Of a stretch of DNA of 64,000 nt, positions 13,205-26,214 are shown piece after piece. Under the pieces are notes generated by a model, which made no database searches, was not told the DNA's origin, and saw only the letters and a list, made by a program, of their open reading frames with translations. Each line of letters starts with the position of its first letter. The stretch's first letter is position 1. The stretch is from the human T2T-CHM13v2.0 reference genome, Homo sapiens, in assembly GCF_009914755.1 (NCBI RefSeq), contig NC_060926.1; one strand, given 5' to 3'. The position numbers and the translations under genes were made by a program.

Positions 13205-14269
13205 CATTTACCCAGGGACTTCTGCAGACGATGCCTCATCGAGTAACGAACTCTGGTGGCACATTACCATTTCTGAGGTCTAATACTGCGTTCCACATCA
13301 CATCACTCTCACTTCCATCTCAGGTTCTTGAAATGTGCATATTTTGAATCTTGTGCAACAAGATATAGCAAGCTCCAAGTGGTACTGGAGCTCATATATC
13401 AAGTTCCTTCTGTAAAACTTTAGAATAGTTGCTTTTCTTCTATCTGCAATTAGTGTACATTTTTGGTCTCTTCAACATAACCACTTATGCATTTTCATTT
13501 TAAAGATTTTTTTAAAGCTTACTTACTATAAGCATTAACTCACAATTATGAAGTAATACCCCCATGAAACTAAGATAAATCTGTGTTAAATTTATTTGCC
13601 CATTTTTTTAATCAACTGTCAGGCGACCTCCATAAACATCCGGATTGTTACTTTCAGGCTTATGTGTCTCTGCAAAATTAGTAACAGAAGCGGGGAGGGG
13701 GTGGAGAGAGAGAAAGAGAGAATGAGGGGATGAGAGAGAGGGAGACAGAGAGACGCTCTCCATAATATAAAGGAATTTGTGAGGAATGCAAAGTAGGATA
13801 AGTCCCATTTTTCTGAGCATAAGAGTAAAGAAAAAAATCTGCCTTGTATTTGGGCACATATAATGATGTCTTCTCTCCACCAGTCATGTATAAAAATGGG
13901 CAAAGGAATGAAGAAAAGATAAAATATTAAATTTGAGTCATTTTTTAAGTCTGAACTGAAGAGGAATCACTAATTTTTCTCAGAAGTCACTAAATTAAAT
14001 ATTTTGCTATTAGGCAAAGTAGAGGCTTTATATACAAATTATGACACTATGGAAAAATGTTACATTTTTCACAAATGAGTGTATGGTTGTAAAATCTGTC
14101 ACTATATATACTGGAGTGATTATAATAAAGAAATTAATAATATTTGATTTTGTACCATCAAGGTATATTGAGTTTTCCTTAAGCTCCAGACACTGGGCGA
14201 AGCACTAAGCTTGGAAATATAGCAAGACATACCTGACCCTGGCAAAACTCCTCACATTCAGGTTTTTTA

Positions 14270-14392
14270 AATTTTTTTTTATAAGTTCTTTGGTATATGT
14301 GCAGGATGTGCAGGTTTGTTACAAAGGTAAATGTGTGCCATGGTGTTTGCTCCACCTATCAACCCACCACCTAGCTACTAAGCCCAGCATGA
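14270..14392 (-). mobile_element. Older L1PA extreme 3' fragment
   Basis: Poly-T, ATGTGCAGGATGTGCAGGTTTGTTAC...CCTATCAACCC...AAGCCCAGCATG. Confidence 0.8.
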
Positions 14393-14694
14393 ATTGCATC
14401 TTGTCTTCCCTGACACCGTCTTAATACCAGATCCTGATTCTAGATTTATGCACTTGGCTGGCTTCAGGAATATTTTCAGAAGTCTCAGTGTCCATACCGC
14501 TCTTTAGTCCCATCCCAGTCTTATTCATTATAGCCATGGCTGATTGGGTGGAGATAGCAATGAATTACATTAAGACTTCAATTAACACAATAAGTTAAAT
14601 CATTAGCTCTTTGGCCCAAGTTTATTGGAGATAGTATTACTCCTGCAGATAACGAAAATGAAATACTGATGGAGATTTTTTTTAGAAACTAGGT

Positions 14695-14830
14695 GATATA
14701 TTAGCTAGGCCTCAATATCCTCTCCTCTAATTAGAGCTAATAATAATATCTATAATTTAGAGAATTATTCAGAGGGGTTTATGAGAAGATGCATGGAAAG
14801 CACTTAGCTAACTGCCTACATGGTAGTGTT
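14695..14830 (+). mobile_element. MIR fragment
   Basis: GGCCTCAATATCCTC...TGCATGGAAAGCACTTAGC...TGCCTACATGGTAG. Confidence 0.6.
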
Positions 14831-16004
14831 GTGGTTTCTGTAGTTGTTGTTATCTAGAGTAGCAGATTGTTCCTAGTGTTGTGACTGCTGTTGTTCAGGT
14901 TGCCATTGTCCTATCGTCCACAGAGGCTTTTGTGAATCTGGGGTCCTGGTTGCATGCTCATACTTGGAGCTACTGTGTTTCTCCCTGGCACTTGGATCAG
15001 TTCATGAAAACACCTAATTTCAGTCTGCCAAATCAACCATTAGTGTACCAAATCTATCCTTGCTTAAAATGAGGAGGATGTTTGGAAGCTTAATTAATGA
15101 AAGCATTTCCTCTGTGCTCAAAGGAAGTGGAACTAATAGTATGTTTACTCCAGGGATGTGAACTTCATGTTTTCATTCTTAAACATTTGTGGAATTGGTA
15201 ATGAGTTGGTAAGATTAGGTAAAAATATAAATAACCTCAGCTTCTGATAATTCTCATTTTTTCAATAAAACAGCAAAATTAACTTAAAAACCTTTTAAAA
15301 AGTCATATAAAGAAGGATTTATTATTATAAATCCTTATTATAAATCAGTCAAGTTTATCAACTTATATTGAGTACTTAGTAAATGCCAGACACTTCCCTG
15401 AGCACTAGGAGGACAAACGTCAAGGAGGAAGAAAGCCGATCCTTGAGTAACTCTGATAAACTGTTTGTTCAATATATTTTTCCATTAATGGTATTATTTA
15501 TGGTAAGTGAATGATATTCCTGTTTTCAACTTCAGATCACACCCACCATCCCCAACTTGTCCCAAGCCAACAGAAATAAAAACATTATTTCTCACATGCT
15601 TTCAGAACTTTGATTTCACCCTGTTTTTCATGGCCCAACCCCTCTGTTTCAGCATTCCTAATTCTGTGATTCAACAGAAATTTATTAATAAAAACTGGAT
15701 TTTTGTATAACTTATTGAATGAAGTCATCACTGCAGGTTGTATAGAAATATTACTGTTCTAGAAGATAAAGTCACATAGTTACTTATATTTTGCAAAGAT
15801 AATTTGTAAAAGTCTGTATTTTTCAAATTATGATAGCTTTACAAAGAAACTAATGTGGAAATAAAATGACAAGAAAGAGAGGAAAGAACAGAACAGGTGG
15901 ATGAAAAGAATATTCTAAAACAGACAATACTCTTGTTTGAAAGAGGAGAAAAAATGTGAAGTACTATTTTCTAAAACATTGTCCCCACTTCTGTTGTCTT
16001 CATT

Positions 16005-16180
16005 CATCACTTAATCCCCACAGCAATGGCACAGACTACATGTGCGCCACTTTTGGAGAAGCAGCAGCTGAGGCCCAGGAAATGTAAGTGCCTTAACCTA
16101 AGTCACATAACTAACATGTGGCGGACCCTGAGTTTCTGACCCACATCTATCTGCCTCTAGGAAACATTGTTTTTCCATTA
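16005..16180 (-). mobile_element. MIR fragment
   Basis: TTAATCCCCACAGCAA...CTGAGGCCCAGGAAATGTAAGTGCCTT...AAGTCACATAACTAA. Confidence 0.65.
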
Positions 16181-16989
16181 TAGACTGATTATAAAAATTC
16201 AATTATTTAACTTTGTAGCACATTTTTTTTCTAATGAGCTATTTTAAAATCACTTATTTATTTTGTGCTTTAAAATTATTTACTGTGACCCCTAAAATAA
16301 CCATTTCCAATTATCAGGCCCAGAACATTAGTCTAATCCAGGGTCTCATTAGAGAAGACTTTAGTTTAAGGTAAAATCAATCTCCTTCCCTCAGATACTG
16401 TGAATACCAAGAAACACACTGTGTTTCATTGCATTTGTATCTCTGAGGAGACATCACAAACATGCAGAAGGAAGAGCAGAGCCCAAAGAAAAGGTAAACC
16501 AATCAGCCAAGTACAAATATAAAAGCCTTCAATCTAAAAACTCACCATGTGCAAGGCACTAGGGCAAAGGTCAGTCTCTTTCATCCAGAAAAGCAAAAGC
16601 TGGTTGGGCTGCAAGCTAAGACTAGACTAGAAATTCTGAATTGCAATACAAGAAAAAGGAAACTTTAAAGTTTTAGGGAATAAGTTCTTGCAAATAAAGT
16701 AACTATTATGTCAGTAACAGGGAAGTACATTTCTATAATATCTGTCTGTGAGTTAGCACAATCTAGATACATAATGAAGCATTTTTAATGTGTAGAAAAG
16801 CTTATGGGTGATAGACACATACAAAATTATTATAAAAAGATTACCTGTATGGCATGACCCTAGACCTTGGACTTAATATTGTGAAGGAAGGATGCTTATT
16901 TTTCAAACGTGCCCTTCTGCTTTTGACTAAAGATAGAATCTAGACTGTATCTACAGTGGCTTTATCCTAATATTTTACTCCTATGTTTT

Positions 16990-17560
16990 CATTCACTTGT
17001 TCAATGATCATTTACTGAGCATCTACCTGGTGCATTCACAGATGCAACAGGTGCAGGCTGAGCATCAACTTTTAGGACATGCATCAAGCTAACTGGAGCA
17101 CAGACAATTCCTGAATATAACGTCCTACGTTCGGACATTCATCTGCTGATTACACATAGGATGTAGACGTTTATCTACTGATTATACAATTAGTTATGTA
17201 CCTACAACTGAACTGTAAAAGGGGCCACAAAGAAGAACTAGGTTCTAAGAGAATACAACTGTATAGTCTCATCTGGTTCAGGAAGTTACGACTTGCTGAG
17301 AAAGTGAATCTGAAATCTGAATTAATCAGGCAATGAATGGTGAGCTGGGGAGGATACAGAGCATTCCAACAGGGAGTGGCACGTGTTGAAGTCACCACAT
17401 GAAGATCGGTATCACTAGAGCACACACTCACAGAGGCACAGGAAGGTGGGAAGTGGTGCTGATGAGATCACTTTGCATTCTCATAAGCCACAATAGGAAG
17501 TTCAGAATTTATACTGTGAGTAGTAGGAAGCCATTGTGCTTCCTGCATCGTGTTATAAAA
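16990..17560 (-). mobile_element. L2 LINE relic
   Basis: CATTCACTTGTTCAATGATCATTTACTGAGCATCTAC and AGCATTCCAACAG...TAGGAAGCCATTG. Confidence 0.6.
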
Positions 17561-17649
17561 CAAACATACTTTGTCAGCTGCCTGTTTTAGAATACCTTTT
17601 TGCAAACATTTGCTTACAAGTACTGACTACTGACTTCCCTACTAGATAG

Positions 17650-17956
<307 letters not shown>

Positions 17957-18114
17957 AATAGCTGCCTTTTTAAAGGCAAGGTACGTGTCCTCAAGAGCCC
18001 CTAGCACAATGCCTATCATGGTAGAGATGTATAGGTATTTGTTCTCTCTCAAGTTTCTCAGCAATGAGGATGGGAAGAAGCCATTAAAAAAAAAGACTAA
18101 TATGAATGAACTAT

Positions 18115-18290
18115 TTACAATGAGTGAGGCACTCAACATATTTTATTTATTCAATCCTCACAATAAATAATCATAATTCCCCTTATATACATGAGAAAAC
18201 TGAGGTTCAGTAACTTGATCCCTATCAGAGTTTCTACAAAGTGAGGAAAATGTAATTTAACTCTGTTCTGCTTGACTCCAAGCCTTACCT
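18115..18290 (-). mobile_element. MIR fragment
   Basis: AATCCTCACAATAA...ATGAGAAAACTGAGGTTCAG...TGACTCCAAGCC. Confidence 0.65.
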
Positions 18291-18429
18291 ATTTCCCTCT
18301 GTGTCTTTTCTGTACCCATTTCTTCTTATGAAGAATGTCTACTTCCTGTCTTCTCTCACTCTCTCTTATCAGATTATCTCCTTCACCTCACTTTCATACC
18401 AGCCATATTCCTCATGTAAAAGGGGGTAC

Positions 18430-20050
18430 TTCATCTACTTTGTTCACTGCTGTATTTTTGGCACTGGGATGAGTCCCTGATATATGTTACTTGTTTGATA
18501 AATATTTGTTGGGTGACTTCCAAAATTCGGTCCTTCACCATCTGCTCTTCTTTCATTCACTCAATGTTACTTGGCACCTCCATGCTAATTACTTCCAAGT
18601 ACATGTTTTTATTTCCAGCCCCTAACTGGGGTTCCAGACTGGAATTCCTGGACATCTTTTAATGTTTTGCCAGTGCTTCAAATTGAATATATTCCTCTTC
18701 TTGCTCCAACACCTTTTTCTCTTTTTTCCTAATTTATTAACATATGAACTACCTTTGCCCCGGAAACTTAATCTCAAAACCTGAGTTATCTTCATACCCT
18801 TTTTGCTCCTTATCCTGCACACCAAATAACTCAGAAGTCAAATCGGACTTCCTCACCTCTAGCATATGGACTTGAATGTAATTTGAACTCTTTCTTGCCA
18901 ACTCACATGGTTAAGTATCTCCCAACTCTTTGTTCTAATTTCGGAGAATACTACCACAGGCCTTTCCAATGTTCTTTTTTCTTCCGCATATATTATCTTG
19001 GTTTCATTCCACACTGGTCCCCCATCACCCACCTAAAAATATGCACTCGCTTCAAAAATCTGTGAATATAGTAACTTTCCTGAGGATTTGGGAATATCAC
19101 ATTAAGGAGACTATAGTCAGCACCAACCAGGTTCCGTACCCTGTTGTCACTCTCACCTCCAACCTGGTCCCTTTCACAGCCCATGTCTTGGGCTTGACAA
19201 CATCTCCACATTCAGCATCTACATCCCACTCTTGCTTCTTGTTCATGGTGAGTAGCACCACCAGGTCAGAGTGTGCTCTCCAGATTCCTGGAATTCCAAT
19301 GAATGATTTTTTTTTTTTCCATTTTGTTACAACCACTTAGTTATGAAGTCCTTCTTATTTCTTATCCATAATATTTTCAAAATCTATCTATTCTAATATT
19401 ATTATTGCAATTGTTCCACTATTGGCTGGCCCTCAGAGAATCTCTGCCTGAATACTTTCATATCTCCTAACTCTGCCCTCTGATTCAACCATCTGTAGTG
19501 ATAACTCTGCCCCAGAGTTGCCTCCTAATACTGGTTTGCTCAAAACATCTGCAAATCTGGACTCATTAGCATGATATTTAAGCCCTTCCACAGATTGACA
19601 TTATCTTATATCTCCATATCTCAAGTATACATCTCTACGTATGCAACTGTTTACACAACACTAAACGTTGGTCATCTCAAACCCACAGCCATTCTGCCTA
19701 AAACCAATACACTCACTTTCATCTTTGTCTCTCTTCCCAAAATGTTTTCTTTTTTATCAATTTATATCCATACCCTAACATTATTTATAGCCTTTTAAAA
19801 ATGCTGTTTCACTCTTCCATAAAATTGATCCTAAATCTACCCTGCTTCTATTCCCACTTACTTTTTCATCATCATCTATGTAACCATCTCTGTGACAATA
19901 ACCTCTCAGCTACCTTAAAGTCCACAGTACCTTAGAATTCACCCTTTGCATTTTTTTCTGCTGTATTTTAAGACCCGTGAAGTCAAGAGAGATATTTTAT
20001 TGCTTTTTTAAATTCCTTATAGTCCTTGACACATACTAGGAGTTCAATTA
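18430..20050 (+). mobile_element. Patchy L2 relics
   Basis: TTGTTCACTGCTGTAT...ATAAATATTTGTTG and pyrimidine-rich L2-like segments. Boundaries uncertain. Confidence 0.45.
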
Positions 20051-20140
20051 TTTTCAATAGTATTTGATTAAAATATACAGGAAATAATTTTCCTGAGTCC
20101 TAATCGCTTCTGTAGGAATAGTTTCTACTTAGTTACTTAC

Positions 20141-20227
20141 CTTTAGGACAGAATTGTTCTCCATAAAATCAACTGCAAAGTTTAATTTGATGTGACCTTG
20201 GCTGTGTTTCCATCTCTCACTATGCAT
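20141..20227 (-). other. Candidate 87-nt symmetric exon (MHSERWKHSQGHIKLNFAVDFMENNSVLK)
   Basis: Minus strand: TTTTCCCTGTTGACTCTGGTCGCCTCAG|ATG...CTAAAG|GTAAGT. Consensus donor, 29 open codons, phase 0/0. Confidence 0.4.
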
Positions 20228-20299
20228 CTGAGGCGACCAGAGTCAACAGGGAAAATTTATTGGGGCACAAGGACTTCGCAAAGGAGCTTCAGTGGAAAT

Positions 20300-20460
20300 G
20301 TCTTATAAAGCCTCCCGTTGGTTGGAAAATCCAACCTAAAAGGCTACTGTGTAGCTCAGCCAATAATCCCCAAACGTGAAGACGGTTGCTGGCAAAATTA
20401 CAAATCACTAAACAAACGCTTAAATAGAAACACCCTAGGAACAAGTGAGCGGTTTGCAGT
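20300..20460. promoter_or_regulatory. Candidate promoter/enhancer motif cluster
   Basis: TATAAA (20305), CCGTTG and CGGTTG (MYB-type), CCAAT (20360), GTTGCTGGCAA and CTAGGAAC (RFX-like), TAAACAAA (FOX). Local CpG retention. Confidence 0.3.
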
Positions 20461-21214
20461 TATTTTCAGTGGTGGACAAACTGTACTTCTACTTAACAAG
20501 ACCGTGTTCATTGTACCCAATTTGCTCTTGGTTCCCCATAGATAAGCATACTGTGTGTATCATATGTTCACTGCTCATTGAATCACATATGAATTTTCAG
20601 TTTCCTCTAAAACCTCATTTACAGCCCAAATTTGCAACCAACTGGATACATTTTGCTCAGCTCTTCCTGACTCCTGTGGCTTTCTGATTTCACAGGCACC
20701 ATAGGTTGAGTGCATGATGAGTAGGTTACAGGAGCTTTGATTTGAGTTCTTAAAATTTTCCGCACACTGAATCTTGAAAATCTCTACTGGACAGGAGTGG
20801 CTTGGGTGGACTCAACATTTTAAACCTGTTTTCCATTTGGCCTGTCTCTTAGCGTATTTCTTTCTAAGCTGGAGTTTTCAACATAGCTTGGACCACCTAG
20901 TCATAGTCACTTTCTGAGTGGCCTGGGCTTCCTCATTCTTAGATGTGATGTCATCAAGGTGGTGAGAAGACACAATTCTTAAAGGAAATGCTGCACTCAT
21001 TTGTGTTGTTAGTAACTTATTTTTCTCCCCAACTTTCCTGTACTAAAACGAGAGAGTAAATTAATCTTATATGAATATAATCATTCAAATTGTATTCATA
21101 TTTTTCATTTCTACCTTTACTCCAATAAGTTATTTTTCTTTTTCTCTGAGGGGAGTAATAGGGTGATAGTAGATGAGTGACTATTTAGGTTCCACTGTAT
21201 CTTCAACTACTTAC

Positions 21215-21384
21215 CTTAAGAGATGTGATAATCATCCTGACATATTAAGGGAAAGCAACATTCTAGAATAGCATATTAAGCAACAGCAAAAAGAAAGTTA
21301 ATGCTTTCTCCTACAAGTTGCTTTATTCTAAAGCAAAAGACAGCTTTAAGATAGGCATCTTATTCTGTGAGTAATGGATCCAGG
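21215..21384 (-). other. Candidate 170-nt exon, likely non-coding
   Basis: Minus strand: acceptor TTCTTCCTCTTCTCTTAG|C, donor AAG|GTAAGT. Confidence 0.25.
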
Positions 21385-21764
21385 CTAAGAGAAGAGGAAG
21401 AATATTTTCAAGCCACTAAAAATTGGTGCAGTGTTACAGGCAGTATATTGCTTCATTTAAGTTCCCTGTTTGAAATATAAGTGTATTTGACATGGAAATA
21501 AAAGAAATATGAGGGTGACGCAGCTTAAACTCATTGGTGACATCTTTTCATAGGATTCAATATACATTATAGATCTGATTTTTTTTATCCAATATCAACA
21601 AATTATTTTAGCAAAACAGGACAAGAGAATACAGGAATGGCTTAGATGATGAGGAATTGCTACTTCTCTCATCATTCACAGTCAGCAGCCATCGTAGGTA
21701 TCTGAGTGTGGGCTTTAGGAAGATTATCCTGGAAAATGATAGATTGTAGGAATAGAAGGCAAAC

Positions 21765-21836
21765 TTTCTCTCTTTCTTTCTCTTTCTCTCTTTTTATCTC
21801 TTTCTCTCTCTCTTTTTCTCTCTCGTTCTCTCTTTT
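21765..21836. repeat. (CT)/(CTTT)-rich simple repeat
   Basis: Direct reading. Confidence 0.85.
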
Positions 21837-22579
21837 TGTCATGCTCTCACTCTCGCTCTAGCTCTGTGTGTTTTGTGCGTTTTGCTTATAATCCTTAAAA
21901 GAAAGAGTCCTATCATCAGTCCCTTTAACATTTGAACACAGTCCTCCCACACAGCCCTTCCACCACTCCCCCTGCCGACACACAGAGATGTAACCAACCT
22001 GTTTATCAATGTATGGCTCATGACTACCTGTATGAGATTTACCTTCAAATTTTGTTAAGTAAATTCTTGAGTTCTGTGCTATACACACCATATTAGAATA
22101 CCTTCTTCTCTACCTTTGTGATCCTCTGACTTAAAATTAATACTAATCTTGTCCTATCCCTGATATGTACTAAAGAAGATAAATACCCATTTCTCCTAGT
22201 TGATGAAAATCTTAGAGAGGTTCCACCACCATACTCTGTAGCACATTCCAGGCTTTAAATGCCACGTCTTTTTTCTTCCTCCAATAGCAATACTAATGGT
22301 CTCTACTTTCAGCATAATAAATATCTTTTCTGCACCAGAAGATGTTTTATTTGTTCTATTTGAGGTATCCGTTATGAGGAAGTGCACGTGCATCTTGGGG
22401 CAAGTCTTTTGAGATACCAGTTCAGGTGTTCAAATGTGCACTCATGTCAGGCAAATAGGCACTCTGGAAGTGAACTTTAGATTTTATGTCATTCATCCTT
22501 ATTCACTCCATACATCTATAATCATTCCTTTAAGAATATCATAGCCTCCTAGTCTTTAAAATTTGAGCTGGAAGAAAAA

Positions 22580-22848
22580 CTGTGTGTGGGTGTGGGTGTG
22601 TGTATATATACATAAATAGATAGATAGACAGATAGATAACTCTATATAAAAACTGTATACTGTTTTTATATCTACATTGTATATATATATATATATACAT
22701 ACAGGTATGTGTATATATATATATATATATATACAGGTATGTGTATATATATATATATATACAGGTATGTGTATATATATATATATATACAGGTATGTAT
22801 ATATATATATATATACAGGTATGTATATATATACACACATGCACACAG

Positions 22849-22894
<46 letters not shown>

Positions 22895-23130
22895 AGAGCT
22901 TTGTTGTTACTAACTTACTAGCTTATTTTTCTCCCCAGTATATATATATATATATATAAAATATATATAACTGTAATATACATATATATAAACAGTAGCA
23001 AGAGAATGCAGAGTATAACAGCTGTTGAAATTTAAATCCTTAATATACCAAGGAGCAGTTATATATGTATATAATATATATTATCTGTTATATTCATATA
23101 TATAAATAGAAAGATTTTACATATGTATAT
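22580..23130. repeat. Compound (TG)n/(TA)n/(CA)n microsatellite with a (TA)n-CAGGTATGT minisatellite
   Basis: Five CAGGTATGT cores separated by (TA)n runs at 22680-22830, then (CA)n at 22860-22891 and TA-rich sequence. Confidence 0.9.
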
Positions 23131-23879
23131 GTCCTATTGCTCAATGGAAAATGCTTTTATAGGACTATAACTAGAGAAATATAAATGAACCTGATACAGA
23201 TATTAATATCTTTATCTACTACAATGAAAACCCAAATAATTACTTTGGAAGTCAAGACATGTTCATCTCACTGCTTGTGGGGGTCTTGCAGAAAAAAAAA
23301 AAAACTAGCTATCAGCAAAGATAAAAAGTATAATAAAAGCCAAAAGACGTCCAAGAACGTTACTGAGAGCCTCTTTCAATTACAAAGAGTGGAACAATGA
23401 GGGTACAGACAGCAAGGATTTTAGACATGTGCTATTCAGGACCAACCAGAGTTTCACAAAAAGACTTTCCTTCAAGAAGAGGTATCATGGCCAGCCCCAG
23501 GGGTGGGAAAACGAATAATAACAGGTTGTGGAGTCTTTGAAGAAGGAAAGTACTACAGAAAGGCAACCCTTTGAGCTTTGGTGAAGAAAGATATGGTCTA
23601 AGCATAAAGTGCTTTCCCAGCCATTCTACCAGTAAGTCATAAATCCTCTGAAGGCTGCAAGAGAATGGAAAGTATAACAGCTGTTGAAAATCAAACCTTT
23701 AATATACCAAGGAGCACAAGCAATGTCTCCTTTCTATCTTAAAATGTGGAAACCTGACATTTCCAGAGACATTCAACAATTAACCTATAATTGAAGCAGC
23801 AGCAATTTCCAGAAACACAAGAAAGGGCCATGAGGAAAGTCTCTAAGGAGAAAAGGAAATTTGGAGTGTTGTTTATTAT

Positions 23880-25615
23880 AATAACCAGGGTGAATAAATT
23901 TGTGAAAACTCACTGAAATGTACACTTAAGATCTGTGCATGTTACTGTATGTAATTATATCTATAGTTTTAACAATTGTGTTGAATGTTTTTGTAAAAGG
24001 TTGATAGGCCGCTTTTAACATTTTCTATGAAACTGCAATGCATCAGATAGATCCCAAATCAACTTGAAGAAGAATAGATTTGAGGACTTTACTGGATAGA
24101 AAGTTTTATTATAAAGATATAATAATTTAAATGCCGTGGATTGTTGCAAAGAAATATAGGCAGAAATTGAATGGAATGGAGTTCAGAGGGAGAACCTCAC
24201 GTATGTGGATATTTGATGTATGAAACAATGGCACTGCAAGAGAGTAGAGAAAAGATAGGCTCAGAAAAAATTAATGGAGTTGGGCATAGTGGCTCCTGCC
24301 TGTAATTCCAGCAACTTGAGAAGAGAATTACTTGAAGCAAGGAATTCAAGACCAGCCTGAGCAACCTAGAGAGACCCTATCTGTACAAAAATTAAAAAAC
24401 TTAGCTGGATGTGGTGGTGCACCTGTAGTCGCAGTTACTCATGTGGCTGAGGCAAGATGATTGCTGGAGCCCAGGAGTTTGAGGCAGCAGTAAACTAGGA
24501 TCACACCACTGCATTCCAGTGTGGGTAACAGCAATACCTTGACTTTAAAAGAAAAAAAAATAATTTCAGTTAACTAACTATCTACATAGAAAAAGAATGA
24601 ATTTTTAATCTCACTTCACATTATATTCAAAAATACATTGCTGCCGTATTGAAGAATTAAATGTGAAAAGGAAAATAATAGAATGTTTGAAAAATAATAC
24701 TTAGAATACATTTATAATTTCATGTTTTGAAAAGATTTCCTTGTTAGAAAAGAAAAAAGTATGAAAATAATGAGCTAAAAATATCCAAATTAAGAAGTGA
24801 GGATAAGATGAAGAATAAATCCAAAGATACCAAGAGGAAGAAAACATATAAGAACCAAAATTAATGATTGAAAAATACCACAGAGAATATCAATAAGTCC
24901 AAAATTTGATTATTTTAAAAATCAAAATGGATAAACTACTAGCAGGAATGATAAAGACAAACATAAATAACAAAGACAAAGAGACATTTTCAAAAGAATG
25001 TTAGAACTAAAAGAAAGCTATAAATGCAGATGAAGCAGAGATTAAAAAGATAAATGAGGATATACTGTAAGCAATATTTTTTCAACAAATGCTAGACTTT
25101 GATGAAATAAACTATTTCTGTAAAACATGAATTACCAATTGTGACACAGGGAGAAATTAGGCCAAGATAATTTTCTTGATGAGTTCTGCCACACATTCAA
25201 GAATCTTATGAATACTGTCTCATAATCAAGAAATAGATTATTCAAAAACTGGATAAGCTTTATTGTAAAATAGTAAGAGATATAGTAATTTTTCAGATAA
25301 TGCTGTGCATCTCATTTATCCTTGGTAACAAAATCAAAGATAAAATGAGAAAGGCATCTAATTATCCAAGCTTACTTCTGAATATAATCCCAAAAACTCC
25401 AAAGAAAACGTTAGAAAATAAAATGCAGAGACACTCATATTCTTAAGAATTTAAATACAACATGTCTAAGTAGGTTTATTTCATAAATATAAAATCAATT
25501 TCACTATAATACAGTGTATTAATTTTTCAAATTAACATTTCAAAAAAAGAAAACTACATGATTATCTAAATAGATGCAAAAGGCAAACTCAGAATAGAAG
25601 GTAGTTTCCTTAAAG
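23880..25615 (+). mobile_element. Ancient L1 (L1M/L1ME) fragments
   Basis: AAAACTCACTGAAATGTACACTTAAGATCTGTGCAT and A-rich ORF2-like relics (ACATGATTATCTAAATAGATGCAAAA). Confidence 0.6.
24278..24560 (+). mobile_element. AluJ SINE, internally deleted
   Basis: GTTGGGCATAGTGGCTC...GATTGCTGGAGCCCAGGAGTTTGAGGC plus A tail. Confidence 0.88.
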
Positions 25616-25618
25616 TAC

Positions 25619-26005
25619 CGTGACAGAAATAGCTAGGACTTTTTGGTATCCTTATTCTCTTCTCATCCCAGCATAGATTTAGATGACCTCTGGAGCCTCT
25701 TTCGGAGCTAGATGTGACTACATGGCAGAATTCTGGCTATTCTAGTGCAAGAGGAAAAAGATGTGCATTGTTCCCAGGCTCAGATCATGAAAATCTCCAT
25801 CAGGATTTATGCAATCTCCTCTCCATCTGCCTACTAAATTGACAGGACTCTGAGGATTAAGAGCCACAAAATGGAAATTACTGAATGAGTGTGTACAACA
25901 AAATATTCCCTACCATAGCTAGCAACAAGTACTGTCTGTGACAAGAGCAAGAAATACATTTTGAAGTGGTTTGTTTTAGTAGCTAAAGTTATCCTGACTG
26001 ATACA
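25619..26005 (+). mobile_element. MLT1-type (MaLR) solo LTR
   Basis: GAGCCACAAAATGGAA...GAGCAAGAAATAC...GTTTGTTTTAGTAGC...CCTGACTGATACA terminus. Confidence 0.7.
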
Positions 26006-26214
26006 TTTGATAAAGGATATTTACCAGCAGTTCACAATGAACATACTACTACATGTATATATTAAAGATCATAGCCTGCACAATAAAAAGAAGAAAATAA
26101 ATAAATTAGAAAATAAATAGTTTAGAAACAAAGACACAGTATTAGTTCTAGTCACAGAATATGATTCTCCAAATAGTATATGCTATCAGCTTCATCAACA
26201 AGTAACCAGAATAC

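Noticed and set aside
22680-22830. Repeat-spacer pattern resembling CRISPR
   Set aside because: Spacers are plain (TA)n, the DNA is primate and no cas genes are present.
22539-22959. Overlapping 70-115-aa ORFs rich in Y/I/C/V/H/T
   Set aside because: Translations of dinucleotide repeats, not genes.
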